Source: Eledone cirrhosa (lineage: Eukaryota). Taken from it: DNA of 64,000 bases. Shown here piece by piece: positions 1 to 10,359 of the stretch (the stretch's first letter is position 1; each line of letters opens with the position of its first letter). The stretch covers positions 188,728,001 through 188,792,000 of the forward strand of contig OZ024743.1 in assembly GCA_964016885.1 (NCBI GenBank). Direction: 5' to 3'. The position numbers and the translations under genes were made by a program. The notes beneath the pieces were generated by a model. The model did no database searches. It worked only from the letters and a program-made list of their open reading frames with translations, and was not told the DNA's origin.

Positions 1-291
1 AAATCAGGAAACTGGAAAATCAAACATGTAGAAGTGGTACCGATTGTGGTTGGTGCACTGGGAGTAGTCAGTAAAAAGTTAGATGCATGGCTTGAGAAGC
101 TAGGAATTACCATTATGATGGGATTGTTGCAGAAAACACCTTTTCAAGGAACAATAACAATTGTAAGGAGGGTATTAGAAAGTTGAAGGAGAATGAATGA
201 CCCAGAAGACTATTGGCCATTGGCTCATTCTTTTGGTATAATCTTGGCGTACATCAGCCAGAGCAAAAGCTTTATGTATGATAATAATAAT
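1..291 (+). mobile_element. R4/Dong-type LINE 3' end (restriction-like endonuclease C-terminus and 3' UTR)
   Basis: Translates WKIKHVEVVPIVVGALGVVSKKLDAWLEKLGI...LLQK...RRVLES* (stop 184-186); VVPIVVGALG is typical of R4/Dong RLE ends; (ATA)n tail at about 280-291. Confidence 0.8.
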
Positions 292-590
292 TGTTTCTAC
301 TTTAGGCACAAGGCCAGCAATTACCCAGTGCATTACTTGTACTTTATTTTATCGACCCCGTAAGGATGAAAGGCAAAGTCAACTTCGGCGAATAATGGTT
401 TCTGATTTAGGCACAAAGACAATAATTTTTTGTGGGGAGGGGAAAGTCGATTAAATCGACCCCAGTGTTTTACTGGTTCTTTATTTTATTGACCCCAGAA
501 GGATGAAAGATAAAGCTAACCTCAGTAGGGTTTGAACTCAGAATGTAACTGGCCATAACTCTATGCCACAAAGCATGCCTGAAGCACTAC
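283..590 (-). mobile_element. Two nested or tandem copies of tRNA-derived SINE family 1
   Basis: TTTCTACTTTAGGCACAAGGCC...TTTTATCGACCCCGTAAGGATGAAAGGCAAAGTCAAC at 294-392 and again at 399-590; matches the full copies at 20668 and 57472. Confidence 0.85.
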
Positions 591-711
591 AAATAATGAA
601 AATCCAATAATAATAATAGTAATAATAACAATAATAATAAATTCTTTATTAACCATGGGCACAGGTCAAAGTTGAAGCATATATATATGCACCACCCACC
701 CACTTCTAAAC

Positions 712-1120
712 ATCTCCCATGAGAACAGGCTGGAGTATACATCCAGTGAAGCCTCCAGCCCACATTGTAAAGCGGTCATGATGGCAACACCACAAAAAGG
801 TCCCAGTCCTCACTTTAAAGTGGGTGTGATGATGACACAACAAAAAGCACCCAGCCCATTCTGTAAAGTAGTCATGTATGAGTCATGACAAAAAGCACCC
901 ACTCCACACTGTAAAGTGGTCTTATAGGCCTCACAACAAAAAGCACCCATTACTCACTGTAAATGAGGTTGTCGTTAGGAGAGGCATCCAGCTCTAGGAA
1001 CTAAGCCAGAATCAGTTCTGAAGGAGCAAGACATGGTAACATGACGTAGCATTACTCACAACATGATAACTCGTCTAGCCCATGCTAGCATAGAAAAACG
1101 AACGTTAAACAGTGATGATG
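712..1120 (+). mobile_element. RTE subfamily A 3' UTR remnant with five ~48-bp units
   Basis: Colinear with 26385-26698 (AAAAAGCACCCA..CACTGTAAA units, GTTAGGA.AGGCATCCAGCT, CCCATGCTAGC...GATGATG tail). Confidence 0.8.
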
Positions 1121-1619
1121 GTGGTTTTACATAAGGATCAAGACTGGCAGAGGACAATACATTAAAAAAAACATGTATGAAAGGAAAATAGCAAGAAGAA
1201 AATCAAAATCAGTAACAAAAAATGGAAAAAAAGAAATATTTCCCAATAGAATAAAACCTTTGAGCACTTTTTGCTGAAAAATCCCACAAAAAATGCAATA
1301 TTGAGAGTCTCAAATGGATTAAGATTGAGGTTTTTAAGATAAACTTCATAATAATGAAAAGTGATAATTATGCAAAAAGCATTAAATCCAAAAAGCAAGT
1401 ATAAATTGGCTGTACATGAAATGCACAGCTGGAGGAAAATGGCTGACACAAATAGAAAACTACTGTGAAATAACAATGGTTGGACTGGGAAAATGCTCAG
1501 AAGGAAATAGAGGAAAACTAATAAATGTAATAATGAAACATGAAAAAAGTTTTTTCTATATATTGGAAACAATAAATAGTTAAAGAGACAATAAACACCA
1601 TGAATACAGAATTACAAAT

Positions 1620-2170
1620 CATACTAAAGAAGAAATGGCGAGAAAAACCATTCCATGGCCAATAATCGGCATGGCTTGACAAAGTAGAAGTAAATCAAAG
1701 TAAATGACAACAATGGTTCCAGATTAAAGCAAACATGGAAAGATTGATTCTCACTGCATAAGAGTAGTATCTGGCCATGAACAACTATAAATAATAAAAT
1801 AATTAAAATGCATCCTAATACAAAATGCAAAGTATGCAATCAGCACAATGAGATAGTTGATCAGATTATCCTTGACTGCCCATTTTTTGCCATGTCTGAA
1901 TATACATGTGAATATGTGTATATCAATACAATATCATGTTCACAACTATATCCACTTAGCAATATGCCATCACTTCAATGTGACAATGGACTAGAAGTGG
2001 TACAATTAGGTGTTAAACAGGGTTCATGACAACAATCTAGGTGCAATCATTTGGAATAGGCCAATTCAAGCTGACAAAGAGATCAAGTCAAACTGTCCAA
2101 ATATAATAACCAAGGACTGGAATAAAATTACATACACACTAATAGACATTGCAATCTCATCCTATGCAAG
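1620..2170 (+). pseudogene. Decayed R4/Dong LINE zinc knuckle and RLE fragment
   Basis: KWREKPFHGQ, KCKVCNQHNEIVDQIILDCPFFAMSEY, IIWNRPIQADKEIKSNCPNI...LIDIAI; interrupted by stops and frameshifts. Confidence 0.75.
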
Positions 2171-2869
2171 ATGTTATTGATTCAATAGCACACGTCAAAC
2201 AGTAGAATCTCAATACACAACACACGCCTTATACAATAAACACCCAATAAAATATCACATCGCCCACAACATATATTCTACAGAATTAACACCCAATAAA
2301 ATAACACAACACATACTCTTACATACATAATCGATACCTGACATTGCAAAACCAATAACTCATACAACCCACACTCTAGACAGCCACAACTCATTAATTC
2401 TACACAAGCCATACACTACACACCTGGCATTGAGAAACATACCACCAACTACACCGCACATACAGAACATAGTCACCACCAAATAAAATAAGACACATTC
2501 TATACACAACAGAACAAACACTAAAATGACACTAAAAACAGCAAGCTAAATTCATAACAAAACACAACTGATGCAATACGTTAACATGTTTATACCACCT
2601 CCATCACCAGCACAAAACATAAAAACGCAATTATGCACCCCCCCCCCATGAACAGTCTACTTCTTCTCCTTCTGAGAGGGCCATGGTGGCAGAGTCCTTA
2701 AACACTCCTTCTAGCGAGTCCTGTCAGAAGTAACCATCTCTGATCCAGCTAGATAACCAAGCAAGACCAGCCAAGCTCATGGTTGCTATCCAACCATCTT
2801 GCTCAGGGATATTGCTTTGGGGCTCGTATCAGTTGGTTTGCCCATCAATTCTTTCCTCATAGTTTTGGA

Positions 2870-3050
2870 GCTATGATCTCTCGATTTGGAGAAGTAGCAA
2901 CTCTACCTGGAGTGAATCTCTGATGTCTGAGCTATGCATTCTATTGAGTAACATTATTCCAAGGAGTCTTCGGAGGATTTAACGTGGAGGCTTAAAAAGG
3001 AGATCCCTCTGTAATTGGAGCAATCTCGCTTCTCTCCCTGTTTACTAAAA
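2870..3050 (-). pseudogene. RTE-type reverse transcriptase fragment
   Basis: Minus strand reads KQGEKRDCSNYRGISFLSL and QRFTPGR, resembling early RT motifs. Confidence 0.6.
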
Positions 3051-3059
3051 CGTTAGTTA

Positions 3060-3482
3060 TTCTCACGTTTATTCTAATTACCTTTTGTTTCTAATTTCTG
3101 TTTCTGAAGCTGTAATTTCTTCTCTAGCTCTTTTACAGATTAAACTATACCAAATAGGTCATCAGCATTTATATGTTCCTATATACTCCTCAGTTATGGC
3201 CTAGAGGACTATAACAAACTGGAGTGGGTTACAACTGAGTCCTGATGGATATTTATCTGCACATTGAATTTCTCACTAAACTCATTACCTGCCCTCACTT
3301 TACTAACAACTTTTTTGTACACTGCTAGCACTGCTCTCAGCCATTTTTCTGTTTACTTTTCTTAGGTTCCACCAGATGACAGATTGTGACATTCTGTTAA
3401 AGGTCTTCTCAAGGTCCACGAAAGCTAGTAACTTCTTTTTTAATTGTCTTACTAAATATTTATATTTAAATTGGGCACAAAG
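3060..3482 (-). pseudogene. RTE reverse transcriptase fragment
   Basis: LVRQL...LAFVDLEKTFNRMSQSVIWWNLRK, homologous to the RT at 25130-25260. Confidence 0.75.
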
Positions 3483-3625
3483 CAAGTAATATCTGAGTGT
3501 GGGGGTTGGGGAGTAAGTTGATTACATTTACTCCAGTACTAGATTGATCCTTTATTTTACTGAACCTAATGATGAAACGCAATGTCAACCCTGGCAGGAA
3601 TTGAAATCAGAACATAAATGTGCAT
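3470..3625 (-). mobile_element. Degenerate SINE family 1 copy
   Basis: GGCACAAAGC...TTATTTTACTGAACC..GATGAAACGCAATGTCAACCCTGGCAGGAATTGAAATCAG. Confidence 0.6.
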
Positions 3626-3749
3626 GAATAAAATTTTTGTATGCCTACAAGACCACTTTATATTTATGCACCAGAAAAAATGTTCTTACGTTTATTCAGA
3701 TTTATTCAGATATAACAATTATTCCTGTATATCATAAAAAAGGACTAAA

Positions 3750-4700
3750 AGTATACTGAAGATTCTCACAAATGTCAAAATGATATATTTATGAAAACAT
3801 TTGACAGAAAACAGTGTAATACACACAAGTGCTAGACTGATAGGCCTGATAAATACTTTCATACTAGATAAAACTGAGTCAGGTAAAATTTAATATATCA
3901 CCCCAAGACATATAATCGATTGGAGTTTTGTGTTTACCTCAGCGTTTTCATAAACCTAGAAATGAGAAAAATAGAAAAGGGAGACCTAAGAAATGCTTTA
4001 TGGAAACAGTTGAGGGACAATTCAACTTTATTTCATAACCAAGAGATAACCAGTCAACTGAAATTTATAGGAAAGTTAGCAGTGATCTATTTATCAAAAA
4101 TTGATAGTTTTTACTAAAATCACTGAGGAAGATGAAACGATCTTAAAACACATAAGCTTTAATATGTAATAAATCTGGGAAATATTTTCCAGATAAGTAA
4201 ACTGAAGGAAGCACATTGAGTCAAGTATTTATATATATCCATTGGTCAATATACTGAGGTAGAACAGTGGTTAAAATTTCTAAGCTTATTTTTTCTTTGA
4301 ATAAAAAGTTTACAAGTCTGCTAAAGTTTCTAACAAACTTAGAAATGATGTTTGTCAAAATCTGACAGCCCTCAAATGAATTATTGGAAATGAAAGAATG
4401 GGAAACACACAGCTTTGGTAACTGATATTTATGTAGATCATCGATTTCTTATTGATCAATTCTATACAAAACTGAATGTAACGTAAGTTACCAAACAAAT
4501 TTCCGATATCTTTTACCTGCATACAGTGCAAAAAGATACAAATATACTCATGTAAATTATGGTCAAGTGAAAATCGGTAAGATCACATCCATCTTCTTCA
4601 GGTGAATATAATCATACACAAAGAAATGAAAAATTCTTTGACCATCAAGAGATACTAAGAAATTGCAAGGAATTGTGTCAGCCTGTTAATGCACTGAAGA
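3750..4700 (+). pseudogene. Possible highly decayed hAT (Charlie/SPIN-like) transposase
   Basis: Ordered weak motif remnants FILDKTE (cf. FSLxLDEST), YTEVEQWL (cf. HTEVRWLS), ALVTDI (cf. LAFLxDI); many stops, by-eye only. Confidence 0.3.
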
Positions 4701-4737
4701 TAAATTATTTGAATGGGAAAATAGCCTATATTCACTT

Positions 4738-4769
<32 letters not shown>

Positions 4770-4789
4770 AAGAGAGACAATTATACATA

Positions 4790-5553
4790 TATACCCTCTC
4801 AACCACATCATCTTCTGTATTCCCAATTTTTGCTCCCAGATACAGGAAGTCTTCAACCAATTCTAGCAGCTTCCTGCCTACATTAATAATCTTCTCTGGC
4901 TTCTTAATATTCTCTACCAGATACTTTGTCTTAACCTCATTCATTCTCAGCCCCACACTCATCGACAAAGTCTCCACCTCCTGCACTGTGTTTGTCACCA
5001 AAACTATGTCGTCAACAAATTCAGCAACCGATATCTTTTTCACCTCAACTCTCCTGCTCTGAGCCAGTGTTAAAGTAAAGGGTGCCACAGTTTGATATTG
5101 GTGTGGAAATTGGACCTTTGTAAAGACCTGAAGATCTGCCTCTTCATTGCTGTACAGGTCTGAGACTTGGACACTGACCAAGAAACTCACTCAGATGGTG
5201 GATGGGTGCTACACAAGAATGCTGAGGATGGTTCTGAATATTAATCAGTATACACTGAGGATGAAGAACTCAGAGCTGTGTGGGAGCCTACCAAAAGTCA
5301 GCTCGAGAGTAGCACAGAGGAGACTGAGTTTAGTTAGACATGTTCACTGATATCCAGAGATGACACTGCATTCAGTGCTCTTGTGGGAGACTCTGCATGG
5401 ACACACTGGAAGAGGGAGATAGAGGTTAACATATGTTGATGCCCTAAGGACAGACACTGGTCTCTTGGAGACGCAGGACATGTCAGCAATGATGAGAGAC
5501 AGAGACCATTGGAGGGAAATCGTCCATGGATCTCAGGAATTTTACTCACCCTA
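4790..5553. mobile_element. RTE-X-like LINE 3' fragment with inverted 5' segment
   Basis: Minus 4790-5082: FTLTLAQSRR...EFVDDIVLV...GLRMNEVKTKYL...VEDFLYLGAKIGNTEDDV. Plus 5083-5553: CHSLILVWKLDLCKDLKICLF...LYRSETWTLTKKLTQMVDGCYTRMLRMVLNI. Confidence 0.8.
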
Positions 5554-5716
5554 GATATATATATATAAATATGGGATAACAAGTTATCGTTATATGTGAT
5601 CCAGTTAGAGGTTGTGAGTGCTCTGTATTTTGGATAGTCTTAACGTACGGCTTTGTTTGACTCAACAAGATGTTTCCAGCCGACCATGTTATTCTTCAAT
5701 CTTTCACTACATATAT

Positions 5717-5750
<34 letters not shown>

Positions 5751-5757
5751 ATACATG

Positions 5758-5814
<57 letters not shown>

Positions 5815-5817
<3 letters not shown>

Positions 5818-6401
5818 TGCAATGTATTTGTTTTGCAAGGTTTTTTATAGAATATCATGTGTTCATACATATTGTTATAAGAAATCCAAATTTAAATTTT
5901 GAAAACCAAAACAATGTGTCTTCATACATATTGTTTTGGTTTTTAAATTTTAAATTTGTGTTTCCAATTCAACAATTCTTCAAGCGAGCTACAAAACTCA
6001 GATATTTGGTGAGGATCATGTTGTCCTAATATTGCCAGAAAATAATAGAAAAATGCACTCATTGTTTGGTTTGGTTTTTACTTCAGTATATTTTTATATT
6101 TTTAGAAATTATTTCGCTGGCAATCAATGTTTATCATTGATTAACCAACAGTTAAAAATATAAATATAAGTATAGATATGATAACCACTGAAGATGTCAC
6201 AGATATGTGGGACAAAAGAACTTTGGAAAACTATATTCATATTTATATTTTTAACTGTGTGTCAATCAATGATAAACATTGATTGCTAGCTAAATTATTT
6301 ATAGAAATATAAAAATATACTAAAGCGAAAACGAATCCAAACAGAGTGTGTTTCACTTTTTTTCCTGGCAATATCAGGACAACATGACCCTCCCCAAATA
6401 T

Positions 6402-6410
<9 letters not shown>
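5815..6410. mobile_element. Fold-back PLE-derived mini-element between (TA)n arrays with a central hammerhead relic
   Basis: About 6002-6178 is an imperfect inverted repeat of 6231-6402; homologous to 46602-47392 and to the stub at 8979-9001. Confidence 0.75.
6185..6226 (+). ncRNA. Minimal type I hammerhead ribozyme, G12A-mutated
   Basis: CCA-CTGAAGA-T-GTCACA gatatg TGGGAC-AAAA-GAACT-T-TGG; GAAA changed to AAAA at a CpG. Confidence 0.7.
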
Positions 6411-6456
<46 letters not shown>

Positions 6457-6457
<1 letters not shown>

Positions 6458-7160
6458 GATATTAATAAATGGAAACTATATTTATAAAACCATATTTATT
6501 TCATTATACATATTTCAGGGATACCAAATTAAATTATGGTATGCCTTCATCAGACAAAATACAATATATAACAGTTTTACAAATAAGCTTTGACGTACCC
6601 TATAAAAATGCAACCATTGTTTTTGGAAGCCATTCGGATAGTGATTTGTTTATATTACTTTAATAAGTCAGTGTTAAGGACAATTAGAAAAAGACAGAGA
6701 GAAAGAAAAAGACGGAGAGAAAGAAAAAACGTGGAGAAATATCGCAGAGAGAGAGATGCATGGAGAAAAAAAGAAAGAGATAAGTAAAGACAGGAGGAAA
6801 GGAAGAAAGAAGAAAAAAGGAAGAAATAAGAAAAACAGAGGAAAGCAACAGAGAGATATTAAGTCAACAGACAGATAGAAAAACTCAAGAGAGAGAAATA
6901 TTATATATATATATAGAGAGAGATTATGACAACTTTACGTCATGTCATATTAAGTTGAGTTAACAATTCATATGAAATGAATAATAAAAATATAAATATT
7001 AATATTCATGAATGGGACATAAATATATAATATGAGAAATTAAACATTGTTTAATAATGACTATATGTTTAGTTTAAACCTTGAGATCAATATACCAAAA
7101 TTTGGGTTTAATCTCCAAAATGTACACATTGCTAGAGAAGTCAGTATCTCAGGCAATGAC
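6457..7160 (-). mobile_element. Solo PLE terminal repeat (pLTR)-like segment
   Basis: Bounded by (TA)n; pyrimidine-rich tract on the minus strand, then a hammerhead about 40 nt before the end; same layout as 36205-36895. Confidence 0.55.
6498..6560 (-). ncRNA. Type I hammerhead ribozyme, intact core
   Basis: Minus: ATTTTGT-CTGATGA-AGGCATACCA taatttaatt TGGTATCCCT-GAA-ATATGTAT-A-ATGAAAT; 7-bp stem I (two GU), 9/10-bp stem II, near-palindromic stem III, AUA site. Confidence 0.8.
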
Positions 7161-7162
7161 AC

Positions 7163-7214
<52 letters not shown>

Positions 7215-7218
<4 letters not shown>

Positions 7219-8960
7219 GCACGTCCTGAAAATAGAAATTATATTTACTCAAGTCAACAATATAGACATATAAAACGCAGACGATTTCTCTTAATCACTG
7301 CTATACATTCTTTGTGTTATAAAAAGTTCACAGTATATATACATAAATATATACGATTAACAGTCATGTCTTCATATATATGATTACCATTCATACATTT
7401 AACATTTTGTTAAAATTATGCATTCCTGCAATCTAAACTGCGTGGTTATGTAACATAACTCTTACCCACACATATACATATACACCTATATATGTATAAA
7501 TAAATATCTGCGTACGTCTTCACGCATCACTCATGTATACATACAGACATATATACAATCATAAAAAACCTATAACACTTTTATATGAATGTTAATACAC
7601 ACATAGACATTTGTATAGAGATAATCAAATATCTATATATTACTAAGGATTATACTTTGGAAATATAAGTATACCAATATAAATTTAAAATACCAAAGGA
7701 TTATATTTTGGAAATACAACTATATCAGTATAGTCAAAAGGACAAACGAATTCTAGAAATGTCAAAGCATTAAATATCTTTAAAACACTATAGAGTATCT
7801 TAAGTTAAAATAATATGTTTCATATATTTAGTATAGAAAATTATCCTACTTATATTTCAATCAAGATATTGAAAGGGTAGACTTATGAGAATTATGAGAA
7901 GCTACCAGAATCAAAGCAAAACTAATAAAAATAAATAAAAAATAAAATAAAAGTTAAATAAATATTATATCAATATAATTTAAAAATTTAAAAATCTCAA
8001 AAGATTTTTAAAAAATTTAAAAAAATTTTTTAAATTCAAAAATTTAAAAGATTTAAAAAACCCAAGGATTCTACAGATATCCCTATATTTAGTATAGAAA
8101 TTTATCCTACGTATATTATATTTAAGATATTGTAAGTATAGACATTTTAAAGTAGTTTATTATATCTGTTTATACTTAAGAAGAAAGTTTAAAAAGAAAA
8201 AGGTGAAGGAATCTAATGATTTATCGACAGGTTTTATATATTAACTAAATTACTTAATTAATTATACTACATTTTAAATTTATATTTATATTTAAACGTT
8301 GAGTTCAATCTATGTCTGCAGCAACTGAATAAATTGTTCCTTAAATTAAGGGAATTTTTGGACTTTAATATAAAGAATATTTCTTCAATACAAAGATCAC
8401 AATTTTCTGAAGAGGAATTAAAAGGAGTAGCTTGTGAAATAATATTCCAAGTCGTCGAATATTTAACATTATCTCGTTTTAGGTCCCATAGTAGGCTAGA
8501 TAGCGAAGTTGAAGGTTTTTTTGTTTGGATCTGTGAAAGAATTTTTATGATTATTGAAGCGAAATTTAAATTCAGTAGAGGTAGAACCAACATAGTTAAA
8601 TGAATTTAAATTAGTTTTAACATTACAATTGTACACTACATTTTTAGCTAAGTAGTTGTTATTTAACGGACAGTTATATTTATTTCTACAGATACAGTTA
8701 TTCAATTGAATATTGCTTGGGTTATTATTGGTATTTTGGTTAGGTTTTAAATTTCTATTATTAATTCTATTAATATTTTGTGCTAAATTTTTGGTGGACG
8801 AGTAAGTTAATTTTATAGTGTGTCTATTAAAAATTGAGTAATATTTATGTGTTCTAGGGAAGCGTTTGTCAAGAGCTTTAAAGAATAGTTTAGCAATAGG
8901 GTTCATCAGTTATAAAAATATTTACTTGTTGTATCCCAACAATTTTAAATAGAACTTTTG
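7215..8960 (-). mobile_element. 5'-truncated AT-rich Naiad-type PLE (GIY-YIG coding at 8267-8906, frameshifted)
   Basis: HKYYSIFNRHTIKLTYS, CICRNKYNCPLNN, VVYNC...YVGSTSTEFKFRFNNH, TSLSSLLWDLK, CDLCIEE, FSCCRHR; internal direct repeats in the 3' region (7822-7882 and 8083-8143). Confidence 0.85.
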
Positions 8961-9114
8961 CATATATATATATATATATTGTTATATTTGGGGAGGGTCA
9001 TATATATATATATATATATATAAAGAAGGAAATGTAGTAAGGAACCAGATGGACCATAACGCACCAAAGTACTCAATACTTAGGGTAGTAGAGTGGGTAA
9101 TAGGAACAAGTAGG

Positions 9115-9210
9115 ACCCCGACAGCTGAGTCCAAGCCGTTTCGACCGCTAATTCTGGACTAAATTAACATTTTTAACCTGGTAAATGAATAGCCGAACTT
9201 CTCAGGGGGT
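9115..9210 (-). ncRNA. Hammerhead-like fold with long stem II and variant core
   Basis: Minus: ACCCC-CTGAGAA-GTTCGGCTA...TAGCGGTC-GAAA-CGGCT tggactc AGCTG-TC-GGGGT; GUC site, G8A substitution. Confidence 0.65.
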
Positions 9211-10359
9211 AATTCCATATATGGTAAAAGTGATTGTCACAAGGATTGGTCAAAAGTTTGTTGTTAAGACACATGATTCTATCATGGCATTTACTGGAAG
9301 GTAGGGGTAGCTGAACTTGCCAGTAGAAGAAAGAGGGAGAGGGAGTGGAGGAAACCCAGTCAAGCGTTGAAAGTGACAACTACAGCAGATTCTAAGGATA
9401 GTGTATAGAAGGTCGAACAAAGTATACTAGAGAAGGGGAGGGGGAGGAAGTTGAAACAATAATTAAATCTAAATGGAGTAAATATATAGAAAATATAAAA
9501 AATATAAAAAAAAACAATTTCTGGTTACTAGTCCCCTTCCACAATCATCAAGTTTCTTACTGGTACTGCTAAGCTATAGAAAAATTTAATAGGTGGGAAG
9601 GAATACTAAATACGAGATTGTAGTGAAAGAATTTTATGAGTTAGTAGTAATCTGCCAAATCTATCTTACAATGACAGGTCAACAAGTAGAGGGCCAACAT
9701 ACTAAAAAAAACTAATACGAAATAATAATTCAGAATCCCGAAACTAATACGAAATATTAATTCAGAATCCCGAAACATGAATACTAATACATTATATATA
9801 AGTACTGATACAATACATAAATTCTAATACAATCTACATAAATACTCATACACTAAATATAAAAAACTAATACAATATATATAAATACTGCTACAATACA
9901 TACATTCTAATACAATCTACATAAATACTCGTACAATATATATGGAAAAACTAATACGAAAAATTAATTCAGAATCCCCAAAAATAAATACTGATATACG
10001 AGAAATAAAGCAGAAATACCACTAAGAAATCTAGAAATCACGGAAATGGGGCAGCAACTAGAGAAGAAAGCAAGTATTTGGGGTCTAGTACATCTGCTAT
10101 AAAAAGCGGAACCGGCCAATTCTATCATAATAAGGGGGTGGGGTACTGAGGTTACAGCGGACCGAAGGCTGCATCGGGGTGGGCGAGGTGTAAAGAACGA
10201 CGACAAAGAAGGAAATCTGGGGTGGAAGGACTAGGAAGGGATGGGGCGAAGAAGGAAATATAAAGGAAACGATAAAATATATATTTAAAAAAAATATATA
10301 TATAAAAGTTACGTCTACCTTTGTAAGCAAAGTCGGCAAGTGGGGTGTTTCAGCCTTGT

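Noticed and set aside
1162-1572. 136-aa hydrophobic ORF
   Set aside because: F/L richness reflects the A-rich opposite strand; no domain.
5648-5684. Hammerhead relic on minus (CGGCTGGAAACATC...GAGTCAAACAAAGCCG)
   Set aside because: Both core motifs are mutated; counted only as a probable relic.
7262-7292. Possible hammerheads at 7262-7292, 12775-12805, 40760-40805 and 41840-41935
   Set aside because: Only a GAAA half or partial stems; no CTGANGA in register.
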